This document shows positions 1 to 9,221 of a DNA stretch of 64,000 nucleotides, in pieces. The DNA comes from Trueperaceae bacterium (GTDB lineage Bacteria > Deinococcota > Deinococci > Deinococcales > Trueperaceae). The position numbers and the translations under genes are program-made. The stretch spans positions 128,001-192,000 of the forward strand of contig JAXHNB010000006.1 of NCBI GenBank assembly GCA_034520945.1. Reading direction: 5' to 3'. How positions within the stretch are numbered: the stretch's first letter is position 1; every line of letters starts with the position of its first letter. Below the pieces are notes generated by a model, which was not told where the DNA came from, did not search any database, and worked only from the letters and a program-made list of their open reading frames with translations.

Positions 1-90
1 CGCGACCTGGCCGGGCACGACCTGCACCACCTGAACCAACTCGCGATCACGCAGGGCGAGGCGGGCCCCGCCGGCGCGCACTCCGCGTGA
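1..90 (+). CDS. 3' end of probable DinB-family protein (partial)
   Basis: Frame 1 reads [14 protein letters not shown]...SA* with TGA at 88-90. The GHDxHHLxQL motif is typical of DinB/YfiT C-termini. Confidence 0.5.
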   Translation, partial: RDLAGHDLHHLNQLAITQGEAGPAGAHSA

Positions 91-104
91 TAGACTCCCG
101 CCCC

Positions 105-518
105 ATGAGCACCGAACGCACCTTCGCCATGGTCAAGCCGGACGGCGTGCAGCGCCGCCTGGTCGGAGAGCTGATCTCACGCATCGAGGCCAAGGGGTAC
201 GACATCGTCGCCATGAAGACGATGACCATCCCCCGCGAACTGGCCGAACGCCACTACGGCGAGCACGCCGACAAGCCGTTCTTCGCCAATCTGGTGTCGT
301 TCATCACCAGCGGACCGGTCGTCGCCATGGTGGTCGAGGGCGAGAACGCCATCCAGGGCTGGCGCACCATGATGGGCGCCACCAACCCCGCGGACGCGGC
401 CGCCGGCACCGTGCGGGGCGACTTCGCCACCAGCATCGACGAGAACGTGGCGCACGGTTCGGACGCGCCTGAGACCGCGACCCGCGAGATCGGCCTGTTC
501 TTCCCCGAGCTGACCTGA
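105..518 (+). CDS. ndk: Nucleoside-diphosphate kinase
   Basis: [18 protein letters not shown]-terminus and NVAHGSD catalytic His motif. ATG at 105 follows TG-A-TAGACT (91-96). Confidence 0.97.
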   Translation: MSTERTFAMVKPDGVQRRLVGELISRIEAKGYDIVAMKTMTIPRELAERHYGEHADKPFFANLVSFITSGPVVAMVVEGENAIQGWRTMMGATNPADAAAGTVRGDFATSIDENVAHGSDAPETATREIGLFFPELT

Positions 519-527
519 GCCGACCCC

Positions 528-1325
528 TCAGCGCCCGCGGTCGTCGCCGCGGGCGGGCCGGTGCAGCCATGCCACCAACCGTGCCACCAGGGGGCGGGGG
601 GCCAGGCGGGCCAATCGCGCCCCGGCTCGGTTCGAGGTGCCGGGCACGAACACGTGCTGGCCGCGCTCGAAGGCGCGGACGCCTGCTTCGGCCACGTGGG
701 CGGCGTCCTGCATGGGCACCAAGCGGACCAGCCGCGTTTCCTCCATGTCGGCACGGGCGTGGAACTCGCTGACGGTCGGCCCCGGGCACAGGGCGGTGAC
801 GCGCACGCCGCTGCCGCGCACTTCCTCGGCCAGCGCCTCGCTGAGGTGCAGGACGAACGCCTTGCTGGCGTAGTAGACGGCCATGCCGGGGCCGGGCTGA
901 AACGCGGCGGTGGAGGCGACGTTCATCACCCCGCCCCGGCCGCGCCGCCGCATGCCGGGCAGGAGGGCGCGCGCCAGGTGGGTGACCGCGACCACGTCCA
1001 GTCGGACCTCGGCCAGCACCTCCTCCAGCGGCACCTCGTCGAAGGCCCCCGGGTTGGCGACGCCGGCATTGTTGACGAGAACGTCCACCTCGTGCCCGGC
1101 GTCGTTCAACGCGCGCAGAAGCGCGCGCGGCCCGTCCTCCCGTGCCAAGTCGGCGGTGATCGTGGTCACGTCGCTGCCGTGCGCCTGGCGCAGCTCCTCG
1201 CGCAGCTCCTCCAGGCGCGACGTGGTGCGGGCGGTGAGGATCAGGTCGTGGCCCCGCCTGGCGAACGCGCGCGCCAGCTCGCGGCCGATGCCCGAGGACG
1301 CGCCGGTGATCATCGTGGTGGACAT
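528..1325 (-). CDS. Short-chain dehydrogenase/reductase (DltE/YqjQ-like)
   Basis: TGASSGIG, NNAG and YxxxK (YYASK) motifs; GGAGG SD upstream. Confidence 0.93.
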   Translation of the reverse strand: MSTTMITGASSGIGRELARAFARRGHDLILTARTTSRLEELREELRQAHGSDVTTITADLAREDGPRALLRALNDAGHEVDVLVNNAGVANPGAFDEVPLEEVLAEVRLDVVAVTHLARALLPGMRRRGRGGVMNVASTAAFQPGPGMAVYYASKAFVLHLSEALAEEVRGSGVRVTALCPGPTVSEFHARADMEETRLVRLVPMQDAAHVAEAGVRAFERGQHVFVPGTSNRAGARLARLAPRPLVARLVAWLHRPARGDDRGR

Positions 1326-1417
1326 GGGTCCTCCCTCCGCGGGGCGTGCGCCCCGCTCTGCTAGGATGCCACGCGACGCGCCGCGCCTCGCGGACCCGTC
1401 GACCAGGAGGAGGTCGC

Positions 1418-2569
1418 ATGCAGCTTTCGCAGCGGATTCAGAACGTTCGGGCGTCGTCCACCGTCGCGTTCAACACCAAGGCGGCCGACATGCGCCGCCA
1501 GGGCATCGACGTGATCGCCATGACGGCGGGCGAACCGGATTTCCAACCGCCCGAGCACGTGTTCATGGCCGCCCGTGAGGCGCTGGACCTGGGCCTCACC
1601 AAGTACACCCCGGCGGAGGGCACGCACGAGCTGCGCAGCGCGATCTGCGACAAGCACCAGCGCGAGAACGGCCTGGAGGCCACGCCGGAGCAGGTGATCG
1701 TGTCGACCGGCGGCAAGCAGGTGCTGTACGGCGCCTTCCAGGCGATCCTCGACCCCGGCGACGAGGTGGTCGTGATCGCGCCGTACTGGGTGTCCTACCC
1801 GGCCCAGATCGAGGTGGCGGGCGGCGTCACCGTGCCGGTCCGGACGCGCGCCGAGGACGGCTTCGTGCCCGACCCGGACGAGGTCGCCGCCGCCGTCACG
1901 GATCGCACCAAGGCGTTGGTGATCAACAGCCCCTCCAACCCCACCGGCGCGGTGTACCCGCGCGAGGTGGTCGAGGCGCTGGTCGCGGTCGCGCGCGACC
2001 GCGGGCTGTGGCTGATCGCCGACGACCTGTACGAGCACCTGATCTACGAGGGCACCTTCACGGCGGCGGGCCCGCTGTACCCGGAGGGCACGCTCACGGT
2101 GCACGGCGCGTCCAAGGCGTTCGCCCTGACCGGCTGGCGGATCGGCTGGGGGGTCGGGCCGCAGCCGTTGATCAAGGCGATGACGCGCCTGCAGGGCCAG
2201 GTCACCAGCGGCGCCAACGCGTTGGCGCAGCACGCCACCGTGGCGGCCCTGACGCAGGTCGACGCGACCTCGGCGTTCCTGGAGCGCACCAAGGCCGCCT
2301 ACGTCGAGCGGCGGGGCATCCTGGTGGAGGGCCTGAACGCCCTGGGCCTGGCCACGCCGATGCCGCACGGCGCGTTCTACGTCATGGCCGACGTCAGCGC
2401 GCTGGACAATGACGAGGGCAAGGCCGCCCTGCGCCTCCTGGAGGAGGCCCACGTCGGGGTGGTGCCGGGCACCGACTTCCTGGCCCCCGGCTTCGTCCGG
2501 TTCAGCTACGCCACCAGCACCGACAACGTGCGGGAGGCGTTGCGGCGCATCGAGGCGTTGTTGGCCTGA
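1418..2569 (+). CDS. aspC: PLP-dependent class I/II aminotransferase (aspartate aminotransferase-like)
   Basis: AGEPDF, NSPSNPTG, DDLY and SKAFALTGWRIG (PLP Lys) motifs; AGGAGG SD before ATG 1418. Confidence 0.88.
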   Translation: MQLSQRIQNVRASSTVAFNTKAADMRRQGIDVIAMTAGEPDFQPPEHVFMAAREALDLGLTKYTPAEGTHELRSAICDKHQRENGLEATPEQVIVSTGGKQVLYGAFQAILDPGDEVVVIAPYWVSYPAQIEVAGGVTVPVRTRAEDGFVPDPDEVAAAVTDRTKALVINSPSNPTGAVYPREVVEALVAVARDRGLWLIADDLYEHLIYEGTFTAAGPLYPEGTLTVHGASKAFALTGWRIGWGVGPQPLIKAMTRLQGQVTSGANALAQHATVAALTQVDATSAFLERTKAAYVERRGILVEGLNALGLATPMPHGAFYVMADVSALDNDEGKAALRLLEEAHVGVVPGTDFLAPGFVRFSYATSTDNVREALRRIEALLA

Positions 2570-2646
2570 GCGACGCGCCCCGTGCGGGCGCGGCCGCGTC
2601 CGGAGTGCGACCGCGTGCGTCGAGCACCGCGGGATACGCTCGCGTC

Positions 2647-3867
2647 ATGCCCACACGTTCGCTTCACTTCGAGAACCGTCGCGGCCGCCGCTTGGCCGCC
2701 CGCCTGGACCTGCCCGAGGGGGGCACGGCGCACGCCACGGCGGTGCTGGCGCACTGCTTCACCTGCGGCAAGGACCTGAAAGGGTTGGTGCGCCTGAGCC
2801 GTACCCTGGTCGCGCACGGCTTCGCCGTGATGCGGCTGGACTTCACCGGCCTCGGCGAGAGCGAGGGCGAGTTCGCCGAGGCGGGCCTGGGCGGCGACGC
2901 GGACGATCTGGAGGACGCGGCGCACTACCTGGAGCAGGAGATCGCGGCGCCGTCGTTGCTGATCGGCCACTCGCTGGGCGGCTTGGCGGCGCTGCTGGTC
3001 GCGCCCCGCCTGACGTCCCTGGACGGCCTCGTCACCATCGGCACGCCCTCCGACCCACGACACGTGAAGGGCCTGCTGGGCAGCGATCTGGACGCGGGCG
3101 CCGAAGACGGCCGGGTCGAGGCGGTCATCGCCGGCCGGACCTTCCGCCTGCCGCAGGCGTTCCTGGACGAGGTGGACCAGCGCACGCCCGCCGACTGCCT
3201 GCTCGACCTGCACGTGCCCGTGATGATTCTGCACGCCGTCACCGACGAGGTCGTCGCCATCGAGCACGCCGAGCGCCTGTTCAAGGCCGCGAAGCATCCC
3301 AAGAGCTTCGTGTCGCTGGGCACCGCCGGCCACCTGCTCCCGCGCGAAGCGGACGCCCGCTACGCGGGGCACGTGATCGGCGGCTGGGCGGCCGGCCTGC
3401 GGGGCGCGCGCGGCGACGAGGACGGCATCGCGCCCCCGGACGGCAGGCCGGCGCAGGGCGCGCGCCTGCCGGAACGGGCCACACGGGCCACGACCCGGCA
3501 GGGCTACGCCACACAGGGGTACGCCGGCGGGTTCCCGCTACGACTGGACGAGCCCGAGGACGTCGGCGGCACCGACACCGGCCCCTCGCCGTCTGCGCTG
3601 TTGCGGTTGGCGCTGGCGGGCTGCACCGCCATCACGGTCCGGATGTACGCCGACCGCAAGGCGTGGCCGCTGGAGGCGATCCAGGTGGACGTCACCTCCG
3701 AATCCAAGCGCGCGCAGGGGACGACCCGCTCCCGCTTCGAGCGCCGCATCCGCTTAGACGGCGATCTCGACGAGGAGCAGCGCGCGCGGCTGATCGACAT
3801 CGCCGGGCGCTGCCCCGTCCACCGCACGCTGGAGGGCGAGGTGAGCGTCGACACGAGCGAGGCCTGA
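2647..3867 (+). CDS. Bifunctional alpha/beta hydrolase / OsmC-family protein
   Basis: HCFTCGK and GHSLGG nucleophile elbow; C-terminal OsmC domain with both Cys (LAGCTAIT, RCPVHRTL); TACGCT 6 nt before ATG. Confidence 0.92.
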   Translation: MPTRSLHFENRRGRRLAARLDLPEGGTAHATAVLAHCFTCGKDLKGLVRLSRTLVAHGFAVMRLDFTGLGESEGEFAEAGLGGDADDLEDAAHYLEQEIAAPSLLIGHSLGGLAALLVAPRLTSLDGLVTIGTPSDPRHVKGLLGSDLDAGAEDGRVEAVIAGRTFRLPQAFLDEVDQRTPADCLLDLHVPVMILHAVTDEVVAIEHAERLFKAAKHPKSFVSLGTAGHLLPREADARYAGHVIGGWAAGLRGARGDEDGIAPPDGRPAQGARLPERATRATTRQGYATQGYAGGFPLRLDEPEDVGGTDTGPSPSALLRLALAGCTAITVRMYADRKAWPLEAIQVDVTSESKRAQGTTRSRFERRIRLDGDLDEEQRARLIDIAGRCPVHRTLEGEVSVDTSEA

Positions 3868-3947
3868 ACGCGGCGCCGGGCCGCTCGAATCCTGGGCCGC
3901 GCCTCCCGGCGCCTCCCGTGCCGGGCGGAACGCGGTAGGGTCCGCGC

Positions 3948-5261
3948 GTGTCGGCCAGGCGCTACGACCGCGAGATCCTGGCGCTGGCGCTGCCGGCGTT
4001 GGGTGCGCTGGCGGCCGACCCGCTGGTGTCGCTGATCGACACGGCGTTCGTCGGCCGGCTGGGGCGCGTGCCGCTGGCGGCGCTGGGCGTGAACGTGTCG
4101 GTGTTCTCGTTCGCGTTCGTGATCTTCAACTTCCTCGCCTACGGCACCACCCCCATGGTGGGCACCGCCCTGGGCCGGCGCGACATGGAGCGCGCCGGCC
4201 GGTTGGTGGCGCACGCCTTCTTCCTGGCGGTCGTGGCGGGCGTCATCGCGCTGGGCGTGCTGCAGGCGTTCGCGGGGCCCATCCTCCAGGCCATGGGCGC
4301 CAGTGGGGAGCTGATGGCGCCGGCTGCGGGGTACCTGCGGGTGCGCGCGTTGGCGGGGCCGGCGCTGCTGATCATCACGGCCGCCAACGGGGCGTTTCGC
4401 GGCTTTCAGGACACCCGCACGCCGCTGCGGGTGTCGCTGGCGGTGGCCGCGGCCAACCTGGTGCTGGACCCGTTGTTCATCTTCGCCTTCGGCTGGGGGT
4501 TGCAGGGCGCGGCCTGGGCCACCACCTTGGCGCAGTGGCTGGGGGCCGGCACCTTCCTGGCGTTGGTCTACGGGCGCAACCGGCGGGCATGGCGGGTGCC
4601 GTGGACCGTGCCGTCGTGGGCGGAGCTGGCACCGTTCCTGCGGGTCGGCTGGGCGCTGCTGATCCGCACCTTCGCCCTGATCGGCACCATGACCGCAGCC
4701 ACCGCCGTCGCGGCACGCATCGGCGTGATCGACGTGGCGGCGCACCAGGTGGCGGCGCAGCTGTGGCTGTTCCTGGCGCTGATCGTGGACGCGTTGGCGA
4801 TCGCCGCCCAGGCGTTGGTGGCGCGCTACGTGGGCGAGGGCAAGCCGCAGGAAGCGCGGGCCGTGTCCGACCGGCTGTTGGTTCTGGGCCTCGCGGTCGG
4901 CGCGGTGTTGGGGGTGGCGTTCTGGGTCGGCCGCTTCTGGCTGGCGGGCCTGTTCAGCGACGACCCGGCGGTGGTGGCGCGCATCCTGGCGCTGTTCCCC
5001 TTCGTGGCCCTGATGCAGCCCCTCAACGCGTTGGTGTTCGTGTGGGACGGCGTGTTCATGGCGATTCAGGACTTCTCCTTCCTGGCGGTCGCCATGGCGC
5101 TTTCCGCCCTCGCCGCCGCCACGGTGATGGCGCCCGTCCTGCCGCTGGGGCTCGGCGTGGCGGGGGTGTGGTGGGCGTTGGTCGGGCTGATGGTGACGCG
5201 TGCGCTCACGCTGGCCTGGCGCTACCGTCCCGCAGCGGGCGTGTTCCGGCGCGCCGGGTGA
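3948..5261 (+). CDS. MATE family efflux transporter (DinF-like)
   Basis: LALPALGALAADPLVSLIDTAFVGRLG and RGFQDTRTP motifs, about 12 hydrophobic segments; TAGGGT 6 nt before GTG. Confidence 0.92.
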   Translation: MSARRYDREILALALPALGALAADPLVSLIDTAFVGRLGRVPLAALGVNVSVFSFAFVIFNFLAYGTTPMVGTALGRRDMERAGRLVAHAFFLAVVAGVIALGVLQAFAGPILQAMGASGELMAPAAGYLRVRALAGPALLIITAANGAFRGFQDTRTPLRVSLAVAAANLVLDPLFIFAFGWGLQGAAWATTLAQWLGAGTFLALVYGRNRRAWRVPWTVPSWAELAPFLRVGWALLIRTFALIGTMTAATAVAARIGVIDVAAHQVAAQLWLFLALIVDALAIAAQALVARYVGEGKPQEARAVSDRLLVLGLAVGAVLGVAFWVGRFWLAGLFSDDPAVVARILALFPFVALMQPLNALVFVWDGVFMAIQDFSFLAVAMALSALAAATVMAPVLPLGLGVAGVWWALVGLMVTRALTLAWRYRPAAGVFRRAG

Positions 5262-5316
5262 CGCGCCGCGTTCCACGCAGGGTGTCGGCGCCGCGGCGGC
5301 TCGGGTAGGCTGGCCC

Positions 5317-6282
5317 ATGGACCGCAACGACGACGCCTTCACGCCCGGCCGGCCCGAGAAGGGCCGCGACGCACGACCGGACGAGACGCGGCCGGACGAC
5401 GGATCGGGCGGCGATTCCGTCGCGAGGGGCGACGAGGCGTCCGCCGATGCGACCGGAGCGGACCCCGAAGACGGACGGCCCATCAACCGCAACCTGATCT
5501 ACAACAACCCGGAGAAGTGGCGCATCGGGCGGGAGTTCCTGGAGCGCTACACCGGCACCGCGCCGGAGGACTTCCGCAAGCAGATCATCCTCACTAACTT
5601 CCACCACTACGCTGAGCGGTTCCAGGCCATGGCCGGCGATGCGGTGGCGACGCAGGGCTCGGCGATGGCGGCGGTGCATAGCGAGGCGCTGGACGTGTCC
5701 ATCATCGACTTTTCGATCGGCAGTCCCGTTGCGGCGTTGATCATCGAAGTGCTGGCCACCGCGGACCCCAAGGCCACGCTGTTCCTCGGCATTTGCGGGG
5801 GCCTGCACCGCTCCTTGGTGGTGGGCGACTTCGTGCTGCCCACCGCGGCCATCCGGGACGAGGGGGCGTCGAAGCACTTCATGCCGCCCCAGGTGCCGGC
5901 CCTGCCGACGTTCAAGATCCAGAAGTTCGTCAGCCAGATCGTGGGCGAGGACGGCTTCGACTACCGGACCGGCGTGGTGCACACCACCGACTATCGCTTC
6001 TGGGAGTTCAACGAGGCGTTCAAGCACCAGCTCTACGACGAGCGCGCGCTGGCGATCGACATGGAGACCGCCACGCTGTTCTCGGTCGGCTTCGCCAGCA
6101 AGGTCCCCATCGGCGCGCTGCTGCTGGTGTCCGACCTGCCCCTCCGCCGGGGCGGCATGAAGACCCGGGAGTCGGCCCGCCGGGTGTTCCGGTCCTACAC
6201 CGACCGGCACATCGAGATCGGCGTGAAGGCGATGAGCGAGATCGCCGAGCGGGGGGAGCACATTCGGCATTACCGGTGGTGA
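5317..6282 (+). CDS. amn: AMP nucleosidase (short PNP/UDP-phosphorylase-fold type) with acidic N-terminal extension
   Basis: LERYTG, ILTNF, AIRDEGAS.HF.PPQVPALP, TTDYRFWE, AIDMETATLF and LLVSDLP motifs. Confidence 0.85.
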   Translation: MDRNDDAFTPGRPEKGRDARPDETRPDDGSGGDSVARGDEASADATGADPEDGRPINRNLIYNNPEKWRIGREFLERYTGTAPEDFRKQIILTNFHHYAERFQAMAGDAVATQGSAMAAVHSEALDVSIIDFSIGSPVAALIIEVLATADPKATLFLGICGGLHRSLVVGDFVLPTAAIRDEGASKHFMPPQVPALPTFKIQKFVSQIVGEDGFDYRTGVVHTTDYRFWEFNEAFKHQLYDERALAIDMETATLFSVGFASKVPIGALLLVSDLPLRRGGMKTRESARRVFRSYTDRHIEIGVKAMSEIAERGEHIRHYRW

Positions 6283-6479
6283 GGTAGCGGGTCCAAAAGC
6301 ATCGCATGGGTCGTCGAAGCGTAGGTGGGTCTAGCTTGGGGCGGCGATGGGTATGTCTTCAGGGGGGTGGTCGGTGCGCTCGAGGTGGATGCTGACGCGG
6401 TAATCGAGTGTGGCGAGGAGGCCGAGGAGACGTTCGACGGAGAAGCCGGTGAGCAGACCGCGCTCCGGATCCTCTGTAC

Positions 6480-6665
6480 GAGTTCGTTGGCCGCGCCGAT
6501 CGAGATGGCGGTCGCCATTCCCAGTCCGCCGCTGATGGCTATGCCCACCCCGATGGCGATCGCCAGACTGCCGGTCGCCGCGCCACGATCTGCGCCTCGC
6601 GCAAGTCCGATGCCTGTGCCCCAGGAAAGGCCGCGGTTGATGCCGAGAGCGACGCCGTGTCCGCG
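6480..6665 (-). pseudogene. Remnant of a glycine-zipper membrane protein
   Basis: Minus frame reads GVALGINRGLSWGTGIGLARGADRGAATGSLAIAIGVGIAISGGLGMATAISIGAA (GxxxG repeats). An in-frame stop lies directly upstream and there is no convincing start. Confidence 0.35.
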
Positions 6666-6678
6666 CTACCGAGTCGTC

Positions 6679-7536
6679 TCAGGGAGTGGCGGCGTCAGAG
6701 TTGATGACGTCCAGCAGTTTTCGTAGGCGGGCGCCTGCCTCCTCGATGGTGGCGGCTTCGGGAGCCAACTCGAGGGCGTGGGCAAATCGCTCATACTGGC
6801 CTCGCCAGCGTTCGACGGGTACGGGGATGTGGTGCGGCAATCGATGTGTGGCTCGCGTCTCGAACGTGGCGTGTACGGCGTGGCGCACCACGGCAGCGCT
6901 CGGGAGCTCGTCGCGCATGAGGAGCATGACGTCCACGAGGTCCTTGACGCGGGAGTTGGGCCGTCCCTGTGCTCGCGGCCTCGAGAGTGCATGGAGCTTT
7001 TCGGCCAGGTGCACTTCGACGGGTATGGCATGCACTTCGAGGGGAGCGAGGCCAGCAAAGGAAAGGTCGAGCCCCCCTCGGAGCACGTCGTGATGCGCTG
7101 GGAGGGCATCGCCTACACCCACGTCCAAGGGGAAGGGTATGAAGCGTTTTCCACCCAGATTAGGCACTACGGTGAGGCGTTGGCCCCCGTGTGGCGCACC
7201 GTCTGCCATCCCTCTCGAGGTGCGTTCGATGCGGAAGGTGAGGTGGTCGTCTGCGTTGGTGGCGGCGGCGTCGCGGAGGGACTCGAGGATCTCGTCGGCG
7301 GGTAGGGCGCGCAGTGCGAGATCGAGGTCCTGCGTGGCGCGTGCACGGGCAAGGCGCAGCTCCAAGGCGTAGCCACCCTTGAGGAGCGCCCAGTCGCCAA
7401 ACCTCGTACCGATTCGGGCAAGGAAGCGTTCCATCGTCGCGCGTTTGAGGAGCCGGTTCAGATCCTCTCCGGGATGGTTCTTCCGTAGGTGGTCGGCGAG
7501 GGCTTGACGGAACGCGGTATCGTCACGGTAGCGCAC
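6679..7536 (-). CDS. abiEii: AbiEii/AbiGii-family nucleotidyltransferase toxin (type IV TA)
   Basis: LLKGGYALELR...RATQDLDL, LAEKLHA and SRVKDLVD motifs. Likely GTG start at 7536, 1 nt after the abiEi stop, with GGAG upstream. Confidence 0.9.
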   Translation of the reverse strand: MRYRDDTAFRQALADHLRKNHPGEDLNRLLKRATMERFLARIGTRFGDWALLKGGYALELRLARARATQDLDLALRALPADEILESLRDAAATNADDHLTFRIERTSRGMADGAPHGGQRLTVVPNLGGKRFIPFPLDVGVGDALPAHHDVLRGGLDLSFAGLAPLEVHAIPVEVHLAEKLHALSRPRAQGRPNSRVKDLVDVMLLMRDELPSAAVVRHAVHATFETRATHRLPHHIPVPVERWRGQYERFAHALELAPEAATIEEAGARLRKLLDVINSDAATP

Positions 7537-7537
7537 G

Positions 7538-8167
7538 TCAAGCTCCAATCGTCAAGTGTCGAAGACGCGTGCGGACGTGTTCGCGTTCGGGTTCCGCCAA
7601 GGCGTGGAGGTAGCGTTCCAGGGTAGGTGTGTCGCCGCGCGCGATCGTGCGTCGGCGGATGAGACCGCGGTCGAGGGCTTGCGCGATGGCCTCTTGCGCC
7701 GCGTCGTCGGGGTAGTCGTCGCGGATGAGGTCTAGAAGCGTGCGGAGGGGGGTTGTGAAGCGGAGGATGTGTTCATGGTGTATGTCCTCCGCAGCAAGGG
7801 AGGCCTTGTGCAGGCGCACGTCGTCGGGTGGGGGCTTGCGGAAGCCTGGGGGCACCGTAAGGTGGATCTTCTCCGGGAAGGCATCGCCGAGTTCGAAATG
7901 GCGCAGGGCCGTCTCGTGGCTCAGAGTTGCTTGTGGCACGCCGGCGCGGTTTCGGCTCCAGAGCATGAGGACCGCTTCGCGCTCTTCATCATTTGGCGGG
8001 TACGTAGCCATGCGGTAGATGCCGCGTTCGTGGCGCTCGATGGTGCCTGCGTGAAGGTGGTAATGCAGGGCCGGCCGGGTGAGGCCATGCCGCTCGGCCT
8101 GCTGGGTCGTGATGTAGCCATATTGGCGATGCGCGAGGTGGTGGAGCGCAAGCCAACGCGGGGCCAT
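7538..8167 (-). CDS. abiEi: AbiEi-family antitoxin / transcriptional regulator
   Basis: N-terminal wHTH (QYGYITTQQA...RGIYR), LSHETAL and TTPLRTLLD motifs; immediately upstream of abiEii. Confidence 0.9.
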   Translation of the reverse strand: MAPRWLALHHLAHRQYGYITTQQAERHGLTRPALHYHLHAGTIERHERGIYRMATYPPNDEEREAVLMLWSRNRAGVPQATLSHETALRHFELGDAFPEKIHLTVPPGFRKPPPDDVRLHKASLAAEDIHHEHILRFTTPLRTLLDLIRDDYPDDAAQEAIAQALDRGLIRRRTIARGDTPTLERYLHALAEPEREHVRTRLRHLTIGA

Positions 8168-8173
8168 GTATGA

Positions 8174-8202
8174 AGGTTAAACTCTGCTTAACGAACGTGC
8201 AA
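8174..8202 (-). promoter_or_regulatory. Leaderless sigma70-type promoter of abiEi-abiEii
   Basis: TTGCAC (8202-8197), 17 nt, TAACCT (8179-8174), 6 nt, ATG. A GTTAA-N7-TTAAC inverted repeat lies at 8176-8192. Confidence 0.75.
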
Positions 8203-8244
8203 CCCTATGATGGCGAAGGGCGACGTCGTGGCGAGCATTACGTC

Positions 8245-8640
8245 CTACGTGTGGCCTGAGCAGCACGCACGCTGGGCGCCATACGCGCGCTTCGGGCGTT
8301 GGTCGTTCCCCCACGCGAAGACGATGACCTTGTCCTTGCTGCTGAAGCGGAAGAAGAGGCGGTACTTCTGGAAGAACTTGGCGCGGAACCAATGCTTGCG
8401 GTGGGCGCCGAGGGTGCCGCCGAGACGGTACTCGGGCCTCGTGGGGTCTTGGGGAATGATGTCGAACGCGAGCTTGGTGATGGCCGCTAGGCGCTTGGTG
8501 GGGTTTTTCTTGTGGTACTCGTGCGGCTTGCGGGCCTTGAGGTCCGTGACTTGGCGTTCGAGCCCGTTGAGCTGCTCCAGGAACAGCGGGTGCGCGTAGA
8601 TCGCCCACCCGTGGATGCGGACCGGGGGATCACCGGTCAT
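8245..8640 (-). pseudogene. yhaV: YhaV-family RelE-like ribonuclease toxin, C-terminally truncated
   Basis: GWAIYAHPLFLEQL, IPQDPTRPEYRLGGTLG, HWFRAKFFQKYRLFFRF and AWGND..KRAYG motifs. Similarity ends after AYGAQ; the protein is 131 aa. Confidence 0.75.
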
Positions 8641-8984
8641 TCATCGGCGTCGTCGAGGGGCGCGTCGAGGGTGACGTCGACGTCTTCGACCAGGCCTCGA
8701 ATGCGTTCTGCGTGTTGGGCGCGGACGGCCTCGACGCCCTCCGGGTGTTCTTGGGCGTGCCGCTCGAGGAAGTCGAGGAAGTGGCCAATCATGGGATCCT
8801 CGTGTTCCTCGTCGGTCGTTGCGCGCGAGAGCACGACCGTGTGGTCTGCTTGCACGGTGAAGCGGATCTTGTCGTGCGCGTCAAGCGCGAGGGCCTTGCG
8901 GATTTCGCTGGGGATGGTGGTCTGGCCGCGTCGCGTCAATGTCGACTCGGCGAACATGATGGGCTTGTGCGTTTGTGGTGCCAT
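8637..8984 (-). CDS. prlF: PrlF (SohA)-family AbrB-type antitoxin
   Basis: STLTRRGQTTIPSEIRKAL (AbrB fold), DPMIGHFLDFL and DVTLDAPLDDADE motifs; ATGA overlap with yhaV; GGAGG SD. Confidence 0.9.
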   Translation of the reverse strand: MAPQTHKPIMFAESTLTRRGQTTIPSEIRKALALDAHDKIRFTVQADHTVVLSRATTDEEHEDPMIGHFLDFLERHAQEHPEGVEAVRAQHAERIRGLVEDVDVTLDAPLDDADE

Positions 8985-9002
8985 GACGTTCCTCCAGCCC
9001 CC

Positions 9003-9031
9003 AAGGTAATGCATTTGCATTGTACCGTCAA
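9003..9031 (-). promoter_or_regulatory. prlF-yhaV promoter with palindromic operator in the spacer
   Basis: TTGACG (9031-9026), 17 nt, TACCTT (9008-9003). Palindrome AATGCA-TT-TGCATT at 9008-9021. Confidence 0.75.
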
Positions 9032-9221
9032 TTCCATGTCGCACGCCCCGCCCGCACGCGAGACGCTCACACTCGTTTGCCGTAGTGGGTGCGCTCCACG
9101 CCTCGTCAACGCTTGTGCTGTGCCGCCGCTAGCAGTTGCTTCGTGCGCCCGGTGCACGGAACCTGAGCATGTCCGTGTTTACGTCAAAGCGGATAAGCGT
9201 CTAGGTGTTTATACTGAGGGT

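Noticed and set aside
6325..6726. Plus-strand 133-aa ORF in the insert
   Set aside because: It has no motif or SD and overlaps the abiEii 3' end. Its P/M/A periodicity is the mirror of the glycine-zipper frame on the minus strand.
8712..9221. Long N-terminal extension of the RHH ORF (8712-9455)
   Set aside because: It is antisense to prlF. TATACT 6 nt before ATG 9222 and the RHH pattern place the start at 9222.
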